A stretch of DNA of 64,000 bases, taken from the NCBI GenBank assembly GCA_044224215.1, contig JBGAKX010000002.1:10759-74758 (forward strand), given 5' to 3'. This DNA comes from Blastocatellia bacterium. Lineage in GTDB: Bacteria; Acidobacteriota; Blastocatellia; UBA7656; JADIYM01. Made by a program: the position numbers and the translations under genes. The notes under the pieces are model-generated. The model ran no database searches and was not told the DNA's origin. It was given only the letters and a program-made list of their open reading frames with translations. Position 1 is the first letter of the stretch, and each line of letters opens with the position of its first letter. This document shows positions 48,188 to 58,074 of the stretch, piece by piece.

Positions 48188-48361
48188 CATGCGAACCCAT
48201 GTGTGCGCGGCTCCAATGCGGATATCGGTGATTGTTTCGGGGTGTTCGCAACTTCTGATCGTGGAGTATCGTTCGGTTTGCTGCGCGCCCCCGGGCCGCT
48301 CCGTGCGGCGGGCGGACGACATCAGTGACGAGACCATTCAACGCCACGGGAGGAGATTCCA

Positions 48362-49090
48362 ATGACCGTAACGAACCGCGACTCCGGGACGAATGTTCAC
48401 GAGATTGCCGACGGGATCTACCGAATCAACACGCCTGTCGACATCGAGGGCGCAGGCGGCTTCTCGTTCAACCAGTACGTCATCGCTGACGACGAGCCGC
48501 TGCTGTTTCACACGGGCCCTCGAAAGATGTTCCCTCTCGTGCACGAGGCGGTTGCCAGCATCATGCCCGTCGAGAACCTTCGCTATATTGCGTTCTCGCA
48601 CGTCGAAGCCGACGAGTGTGGCTCGCTCAACAAGTGGCTTGGCGTTGCGCCGAAGGCGGTGCCGTTGTGCGGGACGGTCGCAGCGATGGTCTCGATCGGC
48701 GATCTTGCCGATCGGGCGCCGCGCGCGCTGGCCGATGGAGAGCTTCTGACGCTGGGAACGCACCGCGTGCGCTGGCTCGATGCGCCGCATCTTCCTCACG
48801 CGTGGGAATGCGGTTTTCTGACGGAAGAGCACACGTCCACGCTGCTTTGTGGCGACCTGTTTACGCAGGGCGGGAGCCGCCTTCCGGCGGTGACCGAGTC
48901 GGACATTCTCGATTCGAGCGAAGCGTTCCGGCACCAGATGGATTACTTCTCGCACTGCAGGAACGCCCGAGAGCTGATCGACAAGCTTGCAGCGACGAAC
49001 CCGTCCACGCTTGCGGTCATGCATGGCAGCGTGTGGCGTGGCGATGGAGCAGGACTGCTTCGCGCGCTGGCCGACAGACTGACCGCGTGA
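48362..49090 (+). CDS. MBL-fold (metallo-beta-lactamase superfamily / ODP-like) protein
   Basis: FSHVEADECGSL is a variant HxExD(E) motif. ...WLDAPHLPH. A GGGAGGAG RBS precedes it. Confidence 0.55.
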   Translation: MTVTNRDSGTNVHEIADGIYRINTPVDIEGAGGFSFNQYVIADDEPLLFHTGPRKMFPLVHEAVASIMPVENLRYIAFSHVEADECGSLNKWLGVAPKAVPLCGTVAAMVSIGDLADRAPRALADGELLTLGTHRVRWLDAPHLPHAWECGFLTEEHTSTLLCGDLFTQGGSRLPAVTESDILDSSEAFRHQMDYFSHCRNARELIDKLAATNPSTLAVMHGSVWRGDGAGLLRALADRLTA

Positions 49091-49187
49091 CCTACAGGCA
49101 TGCCAGTTTGGAAGACGGCGAGAGTCGCAACGTGTCCGACGTCGTCAACGACGCTCGCGTGGCGGGTCCGCGTCCCCTCGTACAGCC

Positions 49188-49652
49188 ATGGTGATCGTTG
49201 AACAGGCAACCACTCCCGAGGCGATCGCTGAGGCGCGTCGCCTATTCGAGGAGTATCAGGTATCGCTCGGCGTCGACCTCGCGTTTCAGGGATTTGCAGG
49301 TGAAGTTGCCGCGCTTCCCGGCGACTATTCGCCGCCGGCGGGCAGGCTGCTCCTGGCCCGCATCGACGGGGCAGTGGCCGGGTGCGTCGCCATTCGCGCG
49401 TTCTCGCCCGGCACGTGCGAGATGAAACGCCTCTACATCCGGCCGGAGTTTCGCGCTGCGGGTGCGGGACGCGCACTCGCCGAGCGCGCGATCGGCGACG
49501 CGCGGGCGATCGGCTACGAGCGAATGGTCCTGGACACACTTCCGTCAATGGGCGCGGCCCAGCGGTTATACGAACGACTCGGATTCGTCGACACCGAACC
49601 ATACAGATACAATCCGATCGAAGGGACGCGGTTTCTGTCGCTTGCTCTGTGA
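49188..49652 (+). CDS. GNAT family N-acetyltransferase
   Basis: LYIRPEFRAAGAGRALA...LYERLGF. Confidence 0.75.
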   Translation: MVIVEQATTPEAIAEARRLFEEYQVSLGVDLAFQGFAGEVAALPGDYSPPAGRLLLARIDGAVAGCVAIRAFSPGTCEMKRLYIRPEFRAAGAGRALAERAIGDARAIGYERMVLDTLPSMGAAQRLYERLGFVDTEPYRYNPIEGTRFLSLAL

Positions 49653-49782
49653 TGCGTGTATGTCGCTCTGTGACTTCTTAGAGCATTCGCTGCACCGCGT
49701 TGCTTGTTAGGTCAGCCGATCTCGCGCTCTCACAACAGAAGGTGCCGACGCGTTCGGCAACACGACCGGGGGGTTTGCATCG

Positions 49783-50022
49783 ATGACGGCAGCCACGAGA
49801 AACGATATGGAATGTCCAAAGTGTAGAGGCTCGATGAGCGTCGGCTTTGTCGTGGATTTCACGGCCGGCGGTCACCGACAGGTCGAGAAATGGATTGCCG
49901 GAGAACCGAAGCCGTCGTTCTGGCATGGCGTCGATGTCTCGACGGAGCGTCAGGTCGAGGTCGTGACATATCGATGCGATGCGTGTGGCTACCTGGAGTC
50001 GTACGCGCCCGGACGCGAGTAG
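49783..50022 (+). CDS. small zinc-ribbon protein
   Basis: CPKCRGS...RCDACGY, two CxxC pairs. Confidence 0.45.
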   Translation: MTAATRNDMECPKCRGSMSVGFVVDFTAGGHRQVEKWIAGEPKPSFWHGVDVSTERQVEVVTYRCDACGYLESYAPGRE

Positions 50023-50067
50023 TCGTCAACGCTCACGAGAGCGATTGCGCAAGAAAAGGAGGCAGTC

Positions 50068-50439
50068 ATGGAGTTGGGAAACTTCTCCGTCAGTCTGGCA
50101 GTCAAGGACATCGGGGCGTCAAAGGACTTCTATGAAAAGCTTGGATTTACCGTCTTTGGCGGAAATCAATCGCAGAACTGGCTCATCATGAAGAACGGCG
50201 CATGTGTCATCGGGCTGTTTCAGGGAATGTTCGAGAAGAACATTCTGACGTTCAACCCGGGCTGGAACAGTGATGCCCAGCCGATCGGCGAATTCACGGA
50301 TGTCCGAGAGTTGCAGCGCGAATTGAAGAGCCGCGGTATCGTCATGGTGTCGGAAGCAGACGAGGGTTCGACTGGCCCTGCGAGCTTCGTAATCGTCGAT
50401 CCTGACGGCAACCCGATCCTCGTGGACCAGCACGTGTAG
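50068..50439 (+). CDS. VOC/glyoxalase family protein
   Basis: An AAAAGGAGG RBS precedes it. MELGNFSVSLAVKDIGASKDFYEKLGF...FVIVDPDGNPILV. GC is lower here. Confidence 0.7.
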   Translation: MELGNFSVSLAVKDIGASKDFYEKLGFTVFGGNQSQNWLIMKNGACVIGLFQGMFEKNILTFNPGWNSDAQPIGEFTDVRELQRELKSRGIVMVSEADEGSTGPASFVIVDPDGNPILVDQHV

Positions 50440-50468
50440 CCGGCGCCGGTGACGGCTCGAGACGGACG

Positions 50469-50972
50469 ATGAGTGTCCTGAAGATCCTGATGACGAAGCG
50501 CAGGGACGGCTCGATCGTCACGCGGCTCGAGCGCGAGGATGGAACCGCCACGTGGCAACGCAAGGACGGCCCGAATGCGCGATTCTTCGCGTTTCACGAT
50601 CTGGAGCACTACGCCGTGGAGACAAGCCTCCGATACCGGCGCGGATTCTACGGGCTTGTCCTGGAGGGCTGGGACCTCGCCGACTTCGGGAGCCCGTGGC
50701 CACGCGGCCCGCTCCCGGCCGACGCCGAGCCCGTCGAACTCGTCGTGGGGCTCCTTGCGCGCGAACGCGCGGATAGGGAGTCATTTGCCGCCGGCGATTT
50801 CAATGCGCACATTGCGCAGTACTACGCCGAGCATCACCTTACCGGTCCGCCGTCGTTTGACGACGAAACCCTGGAGAGGCTTCGGGCCGGGATCAGACAG
50901 TTTCACGCGCGGTGGGATGCGCTGCCTGCAGGGGAGACGCTCGAGCTCGACTTTGTCGTCGCTGGCGATTGA
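50469..50972 (+). CDS. hypothetical protein (167 aa)
   Basis: GC3 is high. It contains FFAFHDLEHYAVE. Confidence 0.45.
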   Translation: MSVLKILMTKRRDGSIVTRLEREDGTATWQRKDGPNARFFAFHDLEHYAVETSLRYRRGFYGLVLEGWDLADFGSPWPRGPLPADAEPVELVVGLLARERADRESFAAGDFNAHIAQYYAEHHLTGPPSFDDETLERLRAGIRQFHARWDALPAGETLELDFVVAGD

Positions 50973-51233
50973 TGGCATTCAAGGCAGTTCTGGCGATGCG
51001 TTCGGCGACACGCGATGACTCTAAGGAGCGGCGCCTTGTCATGCGTGACTACGTCGGCTCGCAGGCGCTCGCCGATCAACTGTCGCGCAGGATGCCGTTC
51101 GACGAGCCATAGCAGCGGAGCACCCCCGTGCGACGGGGCGCGGGAGTCTGCCGGACTTTGCGCGCGGGCTTTCCTTGGGGTATCGTCGCGCAATTCCAGA
51201 GGGCATTGCGGGCCCCTGAGTCGAGGAAGCCCC

Positions 51234-51797
51234 ATGAAGAAACACGTGCTGTTGATTGCGGTACTTGCGCTCGCGATCGGCGTGAGCGCTCCGTTCGAGT
51301 CGCTCGCCAAGTCCCATGCGTCGGGCAAGCACGGCGGCAAGCCGCCTGACACCGCAGAAGCCGGAACGTACCCGACGGTCGCCATTCGGAGCGGCAAGGT
51401 CTCGGAGGACAAGGCGGCCGGCGTGATCTACTTCGACGCAAGCCAGCGCGACGCGCGTCGCGTGACGATTCGAGACGGGCTCGTGTACGACACCACCGGC
51501 ACGCTGATCCGCGACACCGAGAGCAAGCACCGCAACCAGAACAATTACGTGATGGACGCGGCAGGCAACTTCTACCTGTTCGACGAGTATTCGAACCCGA
51601 AGATCCGCCACTCGAGCATCCTCGCCGGAGCACCCGTGGCGGGCGCCGGCAACATCCAGATCGAGAACGGGCGAATCGTGTACATCGACTCCAACAGCGG
51701 CCATTACCCGTCCGCGCGTGTCTTCTCGAACGTGCTCGCGGAACTGGCCGCCCATGGTGTGGACGTGGACGCGCTGACGACTGCAAAGGCCAAGTGA
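51234..51797 (+). CDS. secreted hypothetical protein (possible toxin-like / effector domain)
   Basis: Signal peptide is MKKHVLLIAVLALAIGVSAPFESLA. The motifs GVIYFDAS...NYVMDAAGNFYLFD...RHSS...SGHYP are present. No family was recognised. Confidence 0.5.
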   Translation: MKKHVLLIAVLALAIGVSAPFESLAKSHASGKHGGKPPDTAEAGTYPTVAIRSGKVSEDKAAGVIYFDASQRDARRVTIRDGLVYDTTGTLIRDTESKHRNQNNYVMDAAGNFYLFDEYSNPKIRHSSILAGAPVAGAGNIQIENGRIVYIDSNSGHYPSARVFSNVLAELAAHGVDVDALTTAKAK

Positions 51798-51886
51798 ACC
51801 GCGGTGCCGCGGTCCGTCCGTGCATCGAGGTCGTCATCCAGTAGCGGTCGTTGACCGTCGATCAAGACTCCCGAGGAGCGTGCGAG

Positions 51887-52285
51887 ATGGCCGACCCAGC
51901 CAAGGAGATGATCAAGGCTGCCAAGACCGGTGACGTTGACAAGGTTGCGGCGTTGATCGGCGCGGACTCCGGTCTGATGGAGGCACGTGACAAGGATGGT
52001 TCGACAGCGCTGCACTGCGCGACGTGGAAGGGACATCAGGCCGTGGTCGCGCTTCTGCTGAACGCTGGCGCCGACGTCAACGCGCAGAACGAGAACGACC
52101 ACTGGGGAACGACGCCGCTGCACGCTGCCGCCCACGCGAATCAGACCGGTATCGCGCAACTGCTCATCGACCATGGCGCCGACGTCAACGCGCGGGACAT
52201 GAACGGTCGGACTCCGCTCCATCACACGACGTTCCACAAGGCCAAGGCAGCCGCGCGTCTTCTTGAAGCGCACGGGGCCGTTTGA
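51887..52285 (+). CDS. ankyrin-repeat protein
   Basis: There are three ANK repeats: GSTALHCATWKGHQAVVALLLNAGADVNA, TPLHAAAHANQTGIAQLLIDHGADVNA and RTPLHHT. Confidence 0.75.
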   Translation: MADPAKEMIKAAKTGDVDKVAALIGADSGLMEARDKDGSTALHCATWKGHQAVVALLLNAGADVNAQNENDHWGTTPLHAAAHANQTGIAQLLIDHGADVNARDMNGRTPLHHTTFHKAKAAARLLEAHGAV

Positions 52286-52450
52286 TCGCACATGGACCTC
52301 GGGCGGGAACGTCGTCGAGCGAAAGGTTGCGGCACAGCCGGCGTTTCCGTCACTGGAAGTCCTCTCCAACGCCGTTCTGTCGACCCGGCCTTGCGTCGTC
52401 GTGGCCTGCGGCCGGCTCCACCAACGTCCCACACCACGGAGTAGTGAATC

Positions 52451-52930
52451 GTGTTCAAGAGTGCCGCAGTTGCTGTCGTTACGATGTGTCTTCTTCACAC
52501 AGCCTCCGCCGGGCCGCAGGTCAGCGTCAACGACCTCGCGTGGATGCAAGGGTGCTGGGAGGGGCGCGATGGCGCGGCCGTCGTGACCGAGCAGTGGATG
52601 AAGCCGGCCGGCGGCTGCATGCTCGCGATGAGCCGCACGGTCAAAGGCGAGCAGACGGTTGGGTTCGAGTTTCTGCGGGTCTGGCAGGACACAGACGGCG
52701 CGATCTATTTCACGGCTCGCCCTTCGGGTCAGGCGGAGGCCTCGTTCAAACTCGTCCGCGCGTCGAATATGGAGGTCGTCTTCGAGAACCCGGACCATGA
52801 CTTTCCGCAACGCATCATCTACCGATTGGTTGGCGATGGCAGCCTCGTGGCGCGAATCGAAGGAACAAGTGACGGAAAGACTCGCGGCATCGACTATCCG
52901 ATGCAGCGCACGAAATGCGACGCGAATTGA
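52451..52930 (+). CDS. secreted DUF6265-like protein
   Basis: A GTG start with a signal peptide. WMQGCWEG...FENPDHDFPQRIIY. Confidence 0.5.
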   Translation: MFKSAAVAVVTMCLLHTASAGPQVSVNDLAWMQGCWEGRDGAAVVTEQWMKPAGGCMLAMSRTVKGEQTVGFEFLRVWQDTDGAIYFTARPSGQAEASFKLVRASNMEVVFENPDHDFPQRIIYRLVGDGSLVARIEGTSDGKTRGIDYPMQRTKCDAN

Positions 52931-53024
52931 CCGGTTGGTCAGGCGCGCGAACCTACTGCCTTGCAGACGAATGAGGTTGGGGGCATACGGTGACTGAGCT
53001 TGGTCAGCACGTACGACGCGACCG

Positions 53025-53579
53025 ATGCTGTTCGGCGGCTCGTGCTGGAGTCGGCGCGTGATCGCAAACCTCACTGCCGCCGACGTAGCTCGCGAACGTT
53101 CCGCGTTGGTCGCGTTGTTGGTGGACGCCGTCGCGAGCGGCGCCTCGGTCGGGTTCCTGCCGCCGCTCAGCAATGACGACGCGGACCGGTACTGGCGCGA
53201 CATCGAGAACCAGGTCGAAGCCGGCTCCCGGATAGTGCTCGTCGCGCGACTCGAAGGGCGAATTCTCGGCACGGTCCAGCTCGACCTGTGCCTGAAACCG
53301 AACGGCCCGCATCGCGCCGAGGTGCAGCGCCTGCTTGTGCACACCGACGCGCGTCGGAACGGGATCGGGCGGCGTCTGATGCTCGCCGTCGAGACCGAGG
53401 CGCTGAGGATGGGACGCCACATGCTCGTGCTCGACACCCGTCAGGGAGACCCGTCCGAGTCGCTGTATCGCGGGATTGGGTACGTGGAAGCGGGCGCGAT
53501 CCCGAACTATGCGCTGAGCTCGGACGGCTCGTATCACGCGACCGTGCTCATGTACAAAATGCTCGGCGACACGGACTGA
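53025..53579 (+). CDS. GNAT family N-acetyltransferase
   Basis: LLVHTDARRNGIGRRLM. Confidence 0.65.
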   Translation: MLFGGSCWSRRVIANLTAADVARERSALVALLVDAVASGASVGFLPPLSNDDADRYWRDIENQVEAGSRIVLVARLEGRILGTVQLDLCLKPNGPHRAEVQRLLVHTDARRNGIGRRLMLAVETEALRMGRHMLVLDTRQGDPSESLYRGIGYVEAGAIPNYALSSDGSYHATVLMYKMLGDTD

Positions 53580-53584
53580 AACGG

Positions 53585-54343
53585 ATGCGCACGCCCTACG
53601 AAGTACTCCTCATCGCGTTCGAGCTGCATTCCGTCGAACGCATTCGCGCCCTGATCGACGCCGGCTTCGACGTGCGAACGCCTGTCGATGGGAAGACACC
53701 GGTGACGTCGCTTGTCGAGATGTACACGAGGTCGGACCGATTCCCGGAATGCCTCCGGCTGCTGCTCGATCACGGCGCCGTGCTCGACGACCCGTCGATC
53801 GCGCCGGTGCTGCTCGACGACGTGCCGATGCTCGCCGCCGCGGTCGAGGCCAATCCGAATCTTCTGGAACACAGGACATCGATGGCCTCGACGTTCACAC
53901 CGCTGGTGGGGGCCTCGTTGCTGCACGTCGCGGCAGAGTACGGCCACGTGAATGTCGCGCGGGCGCTTCTTGCATTGGGCGCCGACGTCGATGCGCGAGC
54001 GGCAGTCGACGAGTCCGGAATGAATGGCCACACGCCGCTGTTCCACACCGTGAACTCAAACGCGAACCGTTCGGAGCCCCTGATGCGGCTCCTGCTGGAG
54101 GCCGGGGCGCGAGCAGACATTCGGCTTGCGGGCATCACGTGGGGCAAGGGATTCGAGTGGGAAACGACGTGTTTCGACGTTACGCCGATCTCGTATGCCC
54201 AGCTCGGACTTCTCCCGCAGATGCATCGCGACGAGCGTGACGTGTATGCCAACGTGAGAACTCTGCTGAAGGCCGCCGGCAGGACCGTCCCGCCGCTCGA
54301 GAACGTCCCCAACCGGTACCTTCACCCCGAAAGCAGTGAGTGA
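53585..54343 (+). CDS. ankyrin-repeat protein
   Basis: There are multiple ANK repeats, including ASLLHVAAEYGHVNVARALLALGADVDA and HTPLFHTV. Confidence 0.75.
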   Translation: MRTPYEVLLIAFELHSVERIRALIDAGFDVRTPVDGKTPVTSLVEMYTRSDRFPECLRLLLDHGAVLDDPSIAPVLLDDVPMLAAAVEANPNLLEHRTSMASTFTPLVGASLLHVAAEYGHVNVARALLALGADVDARAAVDESGMNGHTPLFHTVNSNANRSEPLMRLLLEAGARADIRLAGITWGKGFEWETTCFDVTPISYAQLGLLPQMHRDERDVYANVRTLLKAAGRTVPPLENVPNRYLHPESSE

Positions 54344-54686
54344 CTCGTCCCACGCGTCCGCTGAACTCCTGGGTCAGGCGGCCGCGACAGGCCGGTCGAT
54401 GCGGGCGATGAAACAGCCGGCCTCGAAGTTCCGGGTGTGGATGGACGCGACGTCGACGTTGGCGAACATAGACTCGATCGTGGGCTCGATCTCGGCGTCA
54501 CTCACTCGGCACCGAGCGCCCGCTCGACGGCGCGAAACCGTCCGTTATACCCCGGCCGGCGAATCGTGGAAGCCGCTCGGGGCGCCATTGACATCGGCGG
54601 GAGCGCGCCCGACACTGGCCGGTGCTCACCTGTCCTGACAATTCGTGCCCGGACGGCGGACGACACCGTTCCGCAAGGAGAATCCG

Positions 54687-55124
54687 ATGATGTTCAAGCT
54701 TCTGGTCGTGCCAGCGTTGATCATTCTGTTCTCGCTGGCTGCACGAGGTGGCGGTGCCACGGACGCCGATACGCTTCAGGGCACCTGGCTGCCATCGGCG
54801 GCCGAGCTCGGCGGGACAATGTTCCCCGACGAGATCCGCAAGACCATCAGTCTGGTGATAGCGGGCGACAAGTACACGGTGACCGTCGGGAAGGCCGTCG
54901 ACCAGGGGACGGTCAAGCTGAATCCCGCGACGAATCCCAGGCAGCTGGACATCACGGGAACCGACGGCCCGAACAAGGGCCGGACGATCCTGGCCATCTA
55001 TGAGCGAGAGGGCGACACGTTGCGGGTGTGTTACGACCTCGCAGGCACGGGTCGGCCGACGGAATTCAAGACCAGTGCAGGCTCCCAACTGTTTCTGGTC
55101 ACGTACAAGCTGCAGACGCCGTAA
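54687..55124 (+). CDS. secreted TIGR03067-like (lipocalin-like) protein
   Basis: Signal peptide is present. LQGTWLPSAAELGG...ILAIYEREGDTLRVCYDL...RPTEF. Confidence 0.55.
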   Translation: MMFKLLVVPALIILFSLAARGGGATDADTLQGTWLPSAAELGGTMFPDEIRKTISLVIAGDKYTVTVGKAVDQGTVKLNPATNPRQLDITGTDGPNKGRTILAIYEREGDTLRVCYDLAGTGRPTEFKTSAGSQLFLVTYKLQTP

Positions 55125-55173
55125 CGGCGTATTCGGCGGATCCGACGAATCCTGACTGTTGAGAGTGCACGAG

Positions 55174-55563
55174 ATGGCTCTGCGCGTCGTACGACTTGGA
55201 TCACCACGCGAATCTGGTGAGGGGTTGCGCATCGGAACGGTGCGCCGCCCTCCGCGCGGCGTGCGCAAGGAGGACTTCGCCCGGCTCGATTTCTTCGACG
55301 TCTGGCTCCCCGACCTCGCGCCGAGTGCCGAGCTCGTGTCGTTCGCGCAAGCGACGCTGGACACGCCGAAGGGGTGGGCACAGTTCGAGCGACGGTACCT
55401 GCAGGAGATGCGTCAGCCCGCCGCGCAGCGGCTACTTGCCCTGCTGGCGGCGCTCTCCGCGACGACGAATCTCTCGGTCGGCTGCTACTGCGAGGACGAG
55501 TCGCGGTGTCACCGCAGCCTGCTGCGACGACTGCTTGTACACCACGGGGCGGTGATGGCCTGA
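55174..55563 (+). CDS. DUF488-family protein
   Basis: MALRVVRLGSPRESGEGLRIGTVRRPPRGV...FDVWLPDLAPS...CYCEDESRCHRSLL. Confidence 0.6.
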   Translation: MALRVVRLGSPRESGEGLRIGTVRRPPRGVRKEDFARLDFFDVWLPDLAPSAELVSFAQATLDTPKGWAQFERRYLQEMRQPAAQRLLALLAALSATTNLSVGCYCEDESRCHRSLLRRLLVHHGAVMA

Positions 55564-55612
55564 TGTGCCCGTGCGTTCTCGCAACTTCAGATGGTGAGGT
55601 CTTCGAATCCCA

Positions 55613-55969
55613 ATGATCAACGTTGCGCCGATTAAGCCTCTCGTATCCGCTGACCTGCTCGATCAGATCGACGTTCGAGTCGGCACCATCGAGGCTGTCG
55701 AGGACATCCCGAACTCGAAGAAACTGGTGCGGCTGATCGTGGACCTCGGCGATCACAAACGAACGATACTCGCCGGCTTGAAGCAGGAGCGCGAGCGACC
55801 GCAGGATATCGTCGGCCGGCAGGCGCTGTTCGTGGTCAATCTCGAGCCGCGTACGATGATGGGCGAACGATCGGACGGAATGCTCTTCGACATCGGGTAT
55901 CCGGACGGGATCGTCCCGGTGCTTGCGGTGCCGGAGAACCCTGTTCCGAACGGGTCGCGCGCGGGGTAG
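55613..55969 (+). CDS. tRNA-binding domain protein (CsaA/EMAP-like)
   Basis: VGTIEAVEDIPNSKKLVRLIVDLGD...LFVVNLEPRTMMGERSDGMLF. Confidence 0.7.
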   Translation: MINVAPIKPLVSADLLDQIDVRVGTIEAVEDIPNSKKLVRLIVDLGDHKRTILAGLKQERERPQDIVGRQALFVVNLEPRTMMGERSDGMLFDIGYPDGIVPVLAVPENPVPNGSRAG

Positions 55970-56043
55970 ATCGCCGCAGTCACGTCTTCGATGAGAATGG
56001 GGCTCGGCGATCGTCGAGCGCGCCGCACGGCGAGGAGGTAGCG

Positions 56044-56406
56044 GTGAACAGTGTCGTGCCAATGATCCATGTGCCCGACGTTGCGGCGACCGCCGAATGG
56101 TACGAGGCAATCGGGTTCACGTTGGTGCGGGCGAACGTGGAGGACGGCGAGATGGACTGGGCGCTTCTGTCGCTTGGCTCGAGCGAGGTGATGTTCAGCG
56201 CGGGAGGCCGCGTGTCGACGGAATTTCGCCGCGAAGTGGACCTCTACATCCACACGGAAGACGTCGACGGCTGGTTCGCGCGGCTCAAGGATCGCGTGGA
56301 AATCGTCGAGGGCCTCCACGACACCTTCTACGGAATGAGGGAGTTCATCATCCGCGACCTCAACAGGTTCTGGCTCACGTTCGGTCAGCCAGTTCAGCGA
56401 ACGTAG
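56044..56406 (+). CDS. VOC/glyoxalase family protein
   Basis: A GGAGG RBS precedes a GTG. VPMIHVPDVAATAEWYEAIGF. Confidence 0.7.
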   Translation: MNSVVPMIHVPDVAATAEWYEAIGFTLVRANVEDGEMDWALLSLGSSEVMFSAGGRVSTEFRREVDLYIHTEDVDGWFARLKDRVEIVEGLHDTFYGMREFIIRDLNRFWLTFGQPVQRT

Positions 56407-56477
56407 ATCGCGCGGTGCCGCGCGCGTGTGGCGGCAACGCGATGTGCGTGACGGGTATCGGCGGAAATAGGCTGTCA

Positions 56478-56927
56478 ATGAACTCCGCTCGTTCGAAAAA
56501 GCCGCTCTGGAAGTGTCCGAAGTGTGGGCACAGGTTCGTTACGGCGAACCTGTGGCACTCGTGTGGAAATTTCCGCCTCGGCGATCATTTTGCCGGAAAG
56601 CCGCCTGACCTCCGGCGCGCGTTCGACGCGTATGTGCGGCTCGCGCGAAGATGCGGCCCTGTGACCGTCTATGCGCAGAAGACACGCATCGTGATCCAGG
56701 CGCGGGTTCGGTTTGCTGGCGCGGTGATCCGCTCGACGTACGTCGATGCGAGCATGTGGCTCAAGTACCAGGCCGAGCATCCGCTACTCGTCCGCGTGGA
56801 GTCATTCGGCAGACTCGGCTACGGGCATCATTTTCGCCTGCAGACTCCCGACGACGTCGACGACGACCTTGGTCTGCTGATGCGCAACGCCTACCTTGTC
56901 GGAGTCCAGATGGATCCACGGCCATAG
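56478..56927 (+). CDS. zinc-ribbon-containing hypothetical protein (DUF5655-like)
   Basis: KCPKCGHRF...WHSCGNF. Confidence 0.45.
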   Translation: MNSARSKKPLWKCPKCGHRFVTANLWHSCGNFRLGDHFAGKPPDLRRAFDAYVRLARRCGPVTVYAQKTRIVIQARVRFAGAVIRSTYVDASMWLKYQAEHPLLVRVESFGRLGYGHHFRLQTPDDVDDDLGLLMRNAYLVGVQMDPRP

Positions 56928-57143
56928 GGTATTGGGGATTTGAATGACTGGCAGTCCGCGGCAGATCGACGTCGGAGCCGGCGCGAGGGAAAGCGATGCT
57001 CGAGTGGCGATGGAACGAATCCTTCGCGTGCTCGCCGAGTGCGGTGATCGTATGACCGTGATCCAGTTGCGGTCAGCACGCGAGGTCGAGCAGTATCTTG
57101 CACGTTTGAACGGTCCCGAACGCGAGCTCTCACCTTCGCGCAT

Positions 57144-57815
57144 TTGAAGCCAATGACCAATCGCCTCGATCAGACTCGCGCCGTCTATGACCAGGTTGCG
57201 ACGGAGTACGCCGCCAGAATCGCCGGCGAGCTCGACGGAAAGCCGCTCGACCGCGCGTTTCTGGAAGCGTTCGCTTCCACGGTGGACGCTGGCGGGCGGG
57301 TCTGCGACGCGGGGTGCGGGCCCGGCCACGTCGCGCGGTTCCTGCACGACCTCGGCGTGAATGTCTACGGCATCGACCTCGCGCCGGCGATGGTTGCCGA
57401 GGCGCTTCGTCTGAACCCCGGCATCGAATTCAGGACGGGCGATCTCACGACCCTGTCCGGCGAGCCGACGGATCTGGCCGGGATCGTCGCATTCTATTCG
57501 CTGATTCACCTCCCCAGAGAACGGGTGGCGTCGGTACTCGAGACCATGCGGCACAAGCTGCGGCCCGGCGGACTCGTGTTCATCGCGTTCCACATCGGAA
57601 CGGACGAGTTGCACATCGACGAGTGGTGGGGCCACGACGTCTCGCTCGATTTCACGTTCTTCGGGATCCAGGAGATGCGCGGATATCTGCTGCAGGCAGG
57701 CTTCGAACTCGACTGGGTCTTCGAGCGTGCGCCGTACCCGGGCGTCGAGCATCCGACGCGGCGCGCGCACATGCTTGCGCGAACGGACGTGCCAACTGGC
57801 GTCGCGTCGACCTGA
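57144..57815 (+). CDS. class I SAM-dependent methyltransferase
   Basis: VCDAGCGPGHVARFL is motif I. IDLAPAMV follows. Confidence 0.8.
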   Translation: MKPMTNRLDQTRAVYDQVATEYAARIAGELDGKPLDRAFLEAFASTVDAGGRVCDAGCGPGHVARFLHDLGVNVYGIDLAPAMVAEALRLNPGIEFRTGDLTTLSGEPTDLAGIVAFYSLIHLPRERVASVLETMRHKLRPGGLVFIAFHIGTDELHIDEWWGHDVSLDFTFFGIQEMRGYLLQAGFELDWVFERAPYPGVEHPTRRAHMLARTDVPTGVAST

Positions 57816-57938
57816 CAATCCGCTCGCGCGTTGATCGCGCCTCGCGCGTCGGCGTATCGTGCACCTGTTGGCAGGTCGTTCTCGACGCCGCCGCTGACTT
57901 GACAGCGACTACAATCCCGAGGATGACCGTATACGGCA

Positions 57939-58054
57939 GCTGCGCGTGCTTGGTTGATAGTTCTGCTGCGGTGGCTTCGGTCACAGGCGAGTCGGTTATC
58001 CTTGCTCGGTCAGTCGCCGGGCGAGTCTGACAGGCGGCGCGCGCTCAACACGCA
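57939..58054 (+). repeat. attC-like repeat, diverged but with conserved TCGGTTATCC box
   Basis: GGTTGATAG...GAGTCGGTTATCCTTGCTCGGTCAG...GGCGGCGCGCGCTCAAC. Confidence 0.4.
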
Positions 58055-58074
58055 TCACAGAGGAGCCTGAAATC

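Noticed and set aside
54336-54638. 100-aa + ORF MSDSSHASAELLGQAAATGRS...
   Set aside because: It is an Ala/Arg/Ser-rich low-complexity translation of a GC-rich spacer, with no RBS and no motif.
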